DNA from: Bdellovibrionales bacterium
GTDB lineage: Bacteria; Bdellovibrionota; Bdellovibrionia; Bdellovibrionales; UBA1609
DNA length: 64,000 nucleotides
Reading direction: 5' to 3'
Assembly: GCA_965205945.1 (NCBI GenBank)
Contig: CBDBIB010000003.1
Span: 288,001-352,000, forward strand
Shown here: positions 38,934 through 48,600 of the stretch, in pieces
Position numbering within the stretch: the first letter of the stretch is position 1
Layout: every line of letters starts with the position of its first letter
Program-made: the position numbers and the translations under genes
Notes under the pieces: model-generated
Databases searched by the model: none
Told to the model about the DNA's origin: nothing
The model's input: the letters and a program-made list of their open reading frames with translations, nothing else

Positions 38934-41348
38934 ATGACGGCAGCAAGTAGAATTTTAATAATCATTGGATTAATATTAACATTATTTGGATGTGGACAAA
39001 ATATTCTTAGCAGCAAAAAAAAATCTACAGTTGGAGAGGGTTTTAATAATGATGAGATAGTTGATCTTTCTTTAAGCTCTTCTCTTCCCAATATTACATT
39101 AAAAAACTCAAGTGCTTATCCTTTAAGTGGTGTGTGTGATTCTGCTTCTGGGATTGTAACTGTTGTTATAGGTACTCCTAATGTCACAGGAATTTTTCAG
39201 TGTGATTTAAGCGGTTATTTTTCAGGTATAATGGATGTGAGTACTGTGACTCTAAACCCACCAAATATTAAAGCAAGTCAGGCAAATCAGACCGTTTCTA
39301 TTAGTTCTCTTGTAAATGATCAAACTCCTATTTCTGATGCTCCAACAGTAGCAGATCAAAATTATAAAAATGGAACACAGGTAGCACTAGGTGTAGCTTG
39401 TAATGAAGCCGGAGAGGTAGTGACATTTACAAACCCATCATTGAGTCCAAATTCACAAACGTATACTTGTCAAGGTCAGGGGGCTGAAAGCGTAACATTC
39501 CTTTTTGCAACAGGGCAGGAAACTTTAAATACAAATAATGTTACAGTAAGTTCTGTAGATGTAAATGGTAACCCAACAACAAATTCTAATGAGTTTAACT
39601 TACCAATAGATAATGTAGCACCAACAGTGCAGGTACAAGCAGGTGCAGGTATTATAGAAGGAAATAATGCAAGCTTTACAGTGAGCGTAACTGATGGAAC
39701 TAGTTTTGTAGCATTTACACCTACACCAAGCTCAGGAACGATAAGCTCAGGTGTTTGTTCTCTAAGTCCATGTACAGTAACTGTAACAGGAGCCAGTGTA
39801 GGAGAATTAACTTTAACTGTAGCAGTAGGTGCGGTGACAGATGTAGCAGGAAACTCAAATGCATCACTTCAAACTGATAGTTTATTGGTTAGTGCTCCAC
39901 AAATAACAGGGGTTCAAATATCATCAAATGATGGAGATTCTGATACATGGTATGAAACTTCAGATTCAATTTCTATTCAAGTACAGTATGATGCTAATGT
40001 TACAGTAGATACTGTCGGTGGCACACCAACCATCTTGGTTACCTTATCTAGTGGGACTAAAACAGCAACATATTCTACAGGCTCGGGCTCTCAGAATTTA
40101 GAGTTTACGATGTCTATTCTAGCTGATGATTATCAATGCAATGGGACTTTAGATTTAGGCGGAATAAGTTTAAACGGTGGTACAATTAAAGGTGGTGGAG
40201 GCGGAATTGCTAACAATTCGGGTTTACCGTCTTCTGTAGCTGGAGCAAAGATAGATGCTAAAAATCCTACAGCTCCGAGTACTCTTAACGCTGATTTGGA
40301 TGCGTTTAATAATCTGTCGAGTAGTTTATCTTGGACTCAAGGCACTGATGAATGTGGACTTTCAAACATTGAATATGGTTTTGGAACTAGTTCAGGAGGC
40401 TTGGATATTCAAAGTTATATAGATATAGGTTTGGTAGAAACCTATCAAGCAGAAAAGAATATAGGTCTAGCTTCTTCATTTAACTTAATTGCAGGTACTG
40501 ATTACTATACATCAATTAGATCTGTAGATAATGCTGGAAATCTATCGTCAACAGCGACTAGTTCGGCATGGAGTTTTACTTGTTCAGATCCATGGGCTGG
40601 TATAAATAGAGTTATTGCTCTAGGTAGTTCGAATAAAGCCTCTATTATTGATGGGAATAGTGTAAGTGCTGAAGATTCTAGCTTTGATGATTTTGTTCAG
40701 ACCTGGCAAGATCAAAGTGGGAATAACAATCATTTAGAAGCACCTTCCTCTCAAGTAAGGCCAAGTTATGGTTCTGATAACAGTTCAACTTCAAAGTTAG
40801 AATCATATGTCCAAGGTGATGGAGTGGATGATACATTAGTCAAAGATTTTGCTTCGAGTATTACAGGAAATTTTATATTTTATTATGTGTTAAAGTCTTT
40901 AAATCAGGCGCCTGTTGAGTTTCAAAGTTATTTTAGTAGTGTTAGTAGTGGTGACGATGTTGGAGGTTTTCAGCTAGATCATGGTGGGTCATCGAGAGGA
41001 TGCGATGGCAAATTTAGAATACTTATAAAAGATATAGCGAGTGATCCTCCGTTGTCTATTTGTGGTTCTGATTACGATAACGATCAACATGTATTTGCTG
41101 TTAAATATAGCGAGGATGCTAGTGGCGTTAAAACAATGTTTTTATCTGTGGATGGATCAGAAACTAATTCTAGAACTTTATCTAATCCCGCAGATTTTAG
41201 TTCTTTAAGGTTATTTCAGAATAGAGGAGGCAATAACTTTCAAGAAGCTCAGGCATTAGAGTTAGGTGTAGCAACTGGAACTATAACTGAGGCTCAAGAA
41301 AAGCAAATAACTGATTACTTAATTTGTAAGTGGAATGTGAGTTTATAA
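38934..41348 (+). CDS. Surface lipoprotein adhesin, short paralog (Ig-like domains plus C-terminal LamG/ConA-like domain)
   Basis: Lipobox LFGC, S/T/V/G-rich beta domains with Cys pairs, WQDQSGNNNHL...GDGVDD. Confidence 0.8.
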   Translation: MTAASRILIIIGLILTLFGCGQNILSSKKKSTVGEGFNNDEIVDLSLSSSLPNITLKNSSAYPLSGVCDSASGIVTVVIGTPNVTGIFQCDLSGYFSGIMDVSTVTLNPPNIKASQANQTVSISSLVNDQTPISDAPTVADQNYKNGTQVALGVACNEAGEVVTFTNPSLSPNSQTYTCQGQGAESVTFLFATGQETLNTNNVTVSSVDVNGNPTTNSNEFNLPIDNVAPTVQVQAGAGIIEGNNASFTVSVTDGTSFVAFTPTPSSGTISSGVCSLSPCTVTVTGASVGELTLTVAVGAVTDVAGNSNASLQTDSLLVSAPQITGVQISSNDGDSDTWYETSDSISIQVQYDANVTVDTVGGTPTILVTLSSGTKTATYSTGSGSQNLEFTMSILADDYQCNGTLDLGGISLNGGTIKGGGGGIANNSGLPSSVAGAKIDAKNPTAPSTLNADLDAFNNLSSSLSWTQGTDECGLSNIEYGFGTSSGGLDIQSYIDIGLVETYQAEKNIGLASSFNLIAGTDYYTSIRSVDNAGNLSSTATSSAWSFTCSDPWAGINRVIALGSSNKASIIDGNSVSAEDSSFDDFVQTWQDQSGNNNHLEAPSSQVRPSYGSDNSSTSKLESYVQGDGVDDTLVKDFASSITGNFIFYYVLKSLNQAPVEFQSYFSSVSSGDDVGGFQLDHGGSSRGCDGKFRILIKDIASDPPLSICGSDYDNDQHVFAVKYSEDASGVKTMFLSVDGSETNSRTLSNPADFSSLRLFQNRGGNNFQEAQALELGVATGTITEAQEKQITDYLICKWNVSL

Positions 41349-41709
41349 TTTGTTACTTGTTTAGCGAACTTTTTTTTAAATCCATTATTTCTAATTTGAT
41401 AAATTATAGAAGGCTGAAATGGTGATTTCGTGGAAACAAATTTTATAATATATGCCCAAGTTATTAATAGCATAGATCATGATGGTAGTAGTGTTGAGAA
41501 CTTTATTGAACTAAAAATAAAAAAATTAAAGCAGCCATAGAGAAACAAGGGTTTTTTCAGCAAAGTCTAGTTAAACAAAAGCCTTTACTAGGCTAAGGTG
41601 GTAAAGTGCTAAAATAAATTTATCTAAATCATAAAATGATTTATAAATAAGGTTTATTTTAAAAGAGTTTACTGACTGTAAGATTAAAATAAAATTTTAA
41701 AAGGAGTAT

Positions 41710-42591
41710 ATGGTTGTATTTAAATATGTTGTATTATTCTTATTATTTTTAAAGCCTTGTTTTGCAGATCAAACGTATAAAAATAAAGTTTTTAAGTTTA
41801 ATAAGAATTACCAAAAATCACAATCTTTAGATGATGTGCGTGGAAAAGAATTAACAACAGCCATGATTGAAGAAAGCTATATTGAAAAAAGAAAACTTTC
41901 TGTATCAGAGGTAAATAGGCCTTACAAAAGTAGATACTATTTTAGTTTGGGTATTTATCACAATATTTTATATTCAGACAATCAAGGTGCAGGAAGTAAA
42001 GCTGAGTGGGTTTCTAAAGAAAATTTTAATTTTGAAACTCAATATCAATTTAATATAAAAGACTTTTGGCTAGGGGTAAAAGCCTCTTATCACATTCAAG
42101 ACTATGAAAAGGAAGTGAATTCACAAGTTACATGGAATGAGAAAACACCAGATCTTTTTAAATTATCTTTAGTTTCAGATTATGAAAAAGAAAGATGGGG
42201 TTTAGGTTTTGACCTTGATTTTAATCAAGTGCCGTTTATTTATTATGAAAACTTTTTTAATATTGAGTTGAAAAGTGTACTTATCGTAAATGTTTCATTG
42301 CGAGCACAATATAAGTGGCTTAAAAATCAAAACTGGTCGTCTAGAGCTGGACTAGGTTTTAACAATCTTATTTTAGGTTTTAACAATCTTATTTTAAGTT
42401 TCGATAGTGATTTGAAACAAGGTGCTGAATATCTAGTTTTTATAGACCTAATGAGAGAAAAAAAACATTGGGGATACGGTTTAAATGTTAAATTGTATTA
42501 TGGTTTTAATCAATATAAAAGCAACCAAAAGAGTCAAAAAGAAAATATTGCAGGATTTTTATTCTCCTTAGAATCTTTAAACTGGTTGTAG
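41710..42591 (+). CDS. Putative outer-membrane beta-barrel protein
   Basis: Signal peptide (..KPCFA|DQ) and aromatic-rich amphipathic strands (FWLGVKASY, WGLGFDLDF, YGLNVKLYYGF). Confidence 0.65.
   Translation: MVVFKYVVLFLLFLKPCFADQTYKNKVFKFNKNYQKSQSLDDVRGKELTTAMIEESYIEKRKLSVSEVNRPYKSRYYFSLGIYHNILYSDNQGAGSKAEWVSKENFNFETQYQFNIKDFWLGVKASYHIQDYEKEVNSQVTWNEKTPDLFKLSLVSDYEKERWGLGFDLDFNQVPFIYYENFFNIELKSVLIVNVSLRAQYKWLKNQNWSSRAGLGFNNLILGFNNLILSFDSDLKQGAEYLVFIDLMREKKHWGYGLNVKLYYGFNQYKSNQKSQKENIAGFLFSLESLNWL
42353..42396 (+). repeat. Exact 21-bp in-frame tandem duplication (LGFNNLI x2)
   Basis: taggttttaacaatcttattt repeated. Confidence 0.9.
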
Positions 42592-42617
42592 GTTAAAAGT
42601 TTATGTAGGGGGGGAGT

Positions 42618-45600
42618 ATGAAGACAGCAAGTATAATTTTAATAACCATTGGATTAATATTAACATTATTAGGATGTGAGCAGAATGTTCTTACTAGTAG
42701 AAACTCTGAAATTGAAAATGATTTTGACAATGATAAGGAAGTTAGTCTTTCTTTTAGCTCGTCTCTTTCTAGTATCACATCAAAAAACTCACAAGCTTAT
42801 CCTTTAAATGGTACATGTAATTTTGTTGCTGGGAGCGTAACTGTTGTTATAGGAACTCCTGATGTCATAGAAACTTTTCCATGTAATTTAAATAACAGTT
42901 TTTCAGGTGTAATGGATGTAAGTATTGTGAATTTAAATCCTCCCAGCGTTTCTGCAACTCAGGGAGAGTTAACAGTCTCAGCTGACGTAGTGCCTGTAAA
43001 TGATCAAACTGGTCCAGGGACTGCTCCAACCGCAACTCCTCCAGGAAGTTATGTTGGTAGAAGTAATTATAACCTTCTTATTTCTTGTAGTGAAGCTGGA
43101 GAAATTATAAGTATCGCTGGAGATGGTATTGATCCAAGCCCACAAACTTATACTTGTACGGGTAGTGGGGGAGAAGATTTTCCTTTAAGGTTAGCAGATT
43201 TAAAGCTAACTAATGATCCCAATAATTTAATAGTTTCATCAACTGATGCATATGAAAACCCATCAGCTGGAACAACAATAGTAAATGTTCCAATAGATAC
43301 TATACCACCTGTCGTAGAGGTACAAGAAGGTGCCAATATAATTCAAGGGCAAGCAGCAAACTTTACTATTACAATTACTGATCCAAATATTTCAACATAT
43401 AATTATACTGTAAACACGTCTGGTGTAGAAAGCTTGCCCTATAATTGTACTCAAAACCCATGTCAAATAACGACAGGAATAATTTCCTCAACAGGTCAGC
43501 TAACGTTAACTGTGGCAGCTGGAGCTGTACAAGATCTTGCTGGTAACAATAGTACTCAAGGGTCAGGAAGTCTTACAGTGCGTGCTGCAGGAGTCTTAAG
43601 CTTTAATAATCCACTTGATACAATTAACACTTTAAATTCAAGTTCTTATCCTGTAGCAGGAGTTTGCGATGAAAATTTAGGTAATGTTACAGTAAGAGTG
43701 GGCTCAGGAGTGAGTAAGAGTATTCCATGTAATTCTCCAGGAGAATTTAGTAGCGATATTGATGTAAGTGGTGTGACAGGAGTAGTAAGTGTAACTCAAG
43801 GTGTAAATACAGTTGATGCTATTCCAGCGCCAGTAAATGATCAAACTCCTATTTCTAATGCTCCAACAGTAGCAGGTCAAAATTATACAAATGGAACACA
43901 GGTAGCACTAGATGTAGCTTGTAATGAAGCCGGAGAGGTAGTGACATTTACAAACCCATCATTAAGTCCAAATCCACAAATGCACACTTGTTTAACTCCA
44001 GGATCTGAAAATGTAACATTTTATTTTGTAGCAGGGCAAGAAACTTTAAATCCAAATAATGTTATAGTAAGTTCTGTAGATGTAAATGGTAACCCAACAA
44101 CAAACCCCACTGAGTTTAACTTCCCAATAGATAATGTAGCACCAATAGTACAGGTGCAAGCAGGTACAGATATAATTCAAGGAGAACGGGCAAATTTTAC
44201 TATTACAGTTACTGAGCCAAATATTTCAACATATAATTATACTGTAAACACGTCTGGTGTAGAAAGCTTGCCCTATAATTGTACTCAAAACCCATGTCAA
44301 ATAACGACAGGAATAATTTCCTCAACAGGTCAGCTAACATTAACTGTGGCAGCTGGAGCTGTACAAGATCTTGCTGGTAACAATAGTACTCAAGGGTCAG
44401 GAAGTCTTACAGTGCGTGTTGCAGGAGCCTTAAGCTTTAATAATCCACTTGATACAATTAACACTTTAAATTCAAATTCTTATCCTGTAGCAGGAGTTTG
44501 CGATGAAAATTTAGGTAATGTTACAGTAAGAGTGGGCTCAGGAGTGAGTAAGAGTATTCCATGTAATTCTCCAGGAGAATTTAGTGGCGATATTGATGTA
44601 AGTGGTGTGACAGGAGTAGTAAGTGTAACTCAAGGTGTAAATACAGTTGATGCTATTCCAGCGCCAGTAAATGATCAAACTCCTATTTCTAATGCTCCAA
44701 CAGTAGCAGGTCAAAATTATACAAATGGAACACAGGTAGCACTAGATGTAGTTTGTAATGAAGCCGGAGAGGTAGTGACATTTACAAACCCATCATTGAG
44801 TCCAAATTCACAAACGTATACTTGTCAAGGTCAGGGGGCTGAAAGCGTAACATTCCTTTTTGCAACAGGGCAGGAAACTTTAAATCTAAACAGTGTTGCA
44901 GTAAGTTCTGTAGATGTAAATGGTAACCCAACAACAAATTCTAATGAGTTTAACTTGCCAATAGATAATGTAGCACCAACAGTCGCTATACAAGAAGGTG
45001 CCAATATAATTCAAGGGCAAGCAGCAAACTTTACTATTACAATTACTGATCCAAATATTTCAACATATAATTATACTGTAAACACGTCTGGTGTAGAAAG
45101 CTTGTCCTATAATTGTACTCAAAATCCATGTCAAATAACGACAGGAATAATTTCCTCAGCAGGTCAGCTAACATTAACTGTGGCAGCTGGAGCTGTACAA
45201 GATGTTGCTGGTAATAATAGTACTCAAGGGTCAGGAAGTCTTACAGTGCGTGCTGCAGGAGCCTTAAGCTTTAATAATCCACTTGATACAATTAACACTT
45301 TAAATTCAAATTCTTATCCTGTAGCAGGAGTTTGCGATGAAAATTTAGGTAATGTTACAGTAAGAGTGGGCTCAGGAGTGAGTAAGAGTATTCCATGTAA
45401 TTCTCCAGGAGAATTTAGTAGCGATATTGATGTAAGTGGTGTGACAGGAGTAGTAAGTGTAACTCAAGGTGTAAATACAGTTGATGCTATTCCAGCGCCA
45501 GTAAATGATCAAACTCCTATTTCTAATGCTCCAACAGTAGCAGGTCAAAATTATACAAATGGAACACAGGTAGCACTAGATGTAGTTTGTAATGAAGCCG

Positions 45601-48600
45601 GAGAGGTAGTGACATTTACAAACCTATCATTGAGTCCAAATTCACAAACGTATACTTGTCAAGGTCAGGGGGCTGAAAGCGTAACATTCCTTTTTGCAAC
45701 AGGGCAGGCAACTTTAAATCCAAATAATGTTACAGTAAGTTCTGTAGATATAAATGGTAACCCAACAACAAATTCTAATGAGTTTAACTTGCCAATAGAT
45801 AATGTAGCACCAATAGTGCAGGTACAAGCAGGTGCAGATATTATAGAAGGAAATAATGCAAATTTTACTATTACAGTTACTGAGCCAAATATTTCAACAT
45901 ATAATTATACTGTAAACACGTCTGGTGTAGAAAGTTTGTCCTATAATTGTACTCAAAATCCATGTCAAATAACGACAGGAATAATTTCCTCAACAGGTCA
46001 GCTAACGTTAACTGTGGCAGCTGGAGCTGTACAAGATGTTGCTGGTAACAATAGTACTCAAGAGTCAGGAAGTCTTACAGTACGTGCTGCAGGAGCCTTA
46101 AGCTTTAATAATCCACTTGATACAATTAACACTTTAAATTCAAATTCTTATCCTGTAGCAGGAGTTTGCGATGAAAATTTAGGTAATGTTACAGTAACAG
46201 TGGGCTCAGGAGTGAGTAAGAGTATTCCATGTAATTCTCCAGGAGAATTTAGTAGCGATATTGATGTAAGTGGTGTGACAGGAGTAGTAAGTGTAACTCA
46301 AGGTGTAAATACAGTTGATGCTATTCCAGCGCCAGTAAATGATCAAACTCCTATTTCTAATGCTCCAACAGTAGCAGATCAAAATTATAAAAATGGAACA
46401 CAGGTAGCACTAGATGTAGCTTGTAATGAAGCCGGAGAGGTAGTGACATTTACAAACTCATCATTGAGTCCAAATTCACAAACGTATACTTGTCAAGGTC
46501 AGGGGGCTGAAAGCGTAACATTCCTTTTTGCAACAGGGCAGGCAACTTTAAATCCAAATAATGTTACAGTAAGTTCTGTAGATATAAATGGTAACCCAAC
46601 AACAAATTCTAATGAGTTTAACTTGCCAATAGATAATGTAGCACCTACAGTCGCTATACAAGAAGGTGCCAATATAATTCAAGGGCAAGCAGCAAACTTT
46701 ACTATTACAATTACTGATCCAAATATTTCAACATATAATTATACTGTAAACACGTCTGGTGTAGAAAGCTTGTCCTATAATTGTACTCAAAATCCATGTC
46801 AAATAACGACAGGAATAATTTCCTCAGCAGGTCAGCTAACATTAACTGTGGCAGCTGGAGCTGTACAAGATGTTGCTGGTAATAATAGTACTCAAGGGTC
46901 AGGAAGTCTTACAGTGCGTGCTGCAGGAGCCTTAAGCTTTAATAATCCACTTGATACAATTAACACTTTAAATTCAAATTCTTATCCTGTAGCAGGAGTT
47001 TGCGATGAAAATTTAGGTAATGTTACAGTAAGAGTGGGCTCAGGAGTGAGTAAGAGTATTCCATGTAATTCTCCAGGAGAATTTAGTAGCGATATTGATG
47101 TAAGTGGTGTGACAGGAGTAGTAAGTGTAACTCAAGGTGTAAATACAGTTGATGCTATTCCAGCGCCAGTAAATGATCAAACTCCTATTTCTAATGCTCC
47201 AACAGTAGCAGATCAAAATTATACAAATGGAACACAGGTAGCACTAGATGTAGCTTGTAATGAAGCCGGAGAGGTAGTGACATTTACAAACCCATCATTG
47301 AGTCCAAATTCACAAACGTATACTTGTCAAGGTCAGGGGGCTGAAAGCGTAACATTCCTTTTTGCAACAGGGCAGGCAACTTTAAATCCAAATAATGTTA
47401 CAGTAAGTTCTGTAGATATAAATGGTAACCCAACAACAAATTCTAATGAGTTTAACTTGCCAATAGATAATGTAGCACCTACAGTCGCTATACAAGAAGG
47501 TGCCAATATAATTCAAGGGCAAGCAGCAAACTTTACTATTACAATTACTGATCCAAATATTTCAACATATAATTATACTGTAAACACGTCTGGTGTAGAA
47601 AGCTTGTCCTATAATTGTACTCAAAATCCATGTCAAATAACGACAGGAATAATTTCCTCAGCAGGTCAGCTAACATTAACTGTGGCAGCTGGAGCTGTAC
47701 AAGATGTTGCTGGTAATAATAGTACTCAAGGGTCAGGAAGTCTTACAGTGCGTGCTGCAGGAGCCTTAAGCTTTAATAATCCACTTGATACAATTAACAC
47801 TTTAAATTCAAATTCTTATCCTGTAGCAGGAGTTTGCGATGAAAATTTAGGTAATGTTACAGTAAGAGTGGGCTCAGGAGTGAGTAAGAGTATTCCATGT
47901 AATTCTCCAGGAGAATTTAGTAGCGATATTGATGTAAGTGGTGTGACAGGAGTAGTAAGTGTAACTCAAGGTGTAAATACAGTTGATGCTATTCCAGCGC
48001 CAGTAAATGATCAAACTCCTATTTCTAATGCTCCAACAGTAGCAGGTCAAAATTATACAAATGGAACACAGGTAGCACTAGATGTAGTTTGTAATGAAGC
48101 CGGAGAGGTAGTGACATTTACAAACCCATCATTGAGTCCAAATTCACAAACGTATACTTGTCAAGGTCAGGGGGCTGAAAGCGTAACATTCCTTTTTGCA
48201 ACAGGGCAGGCAACTTTAAATCCAAATAATGTTACAGTAAGTTCTGTAGATATAAATGGTAACCCAACAACAAATTCTAATGAGTTTAACTTGCCAATAG
48301 ATAATGTAGCACCAATAGTGCAGGTACAAGCAGGTGCAGATATTATAGAAGGAAATAATGCAAATTTTACTATTACAGTTACTGAGCCAAATATTTCAAC
48401 ATATAATTATACTGTAAACACGTCTGGTGTAGAAAGTTTGTCCTATAATTGTACTCAAAATCCATGTCAAATAACGACAGGAATAATTTCCTCAACAGGT
48501 CAGCTAACGTTAACTGTGGCAGCTGGAGCTGTACAAGATGTTGCTGGTAACAATAGTACTCAAGAGTCAGGAAGTCTTACAGTACGTGCTGCAGGAGCCT

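Noticed and set aside
42608..42614. G7 tract before the giant adhesin as a phase-variation switch
   Set aside because: The tract is short and doubles as the SD. G-rich SDs occur elsewhere (tadC, DUF3015), and there is no evidence of length variation.
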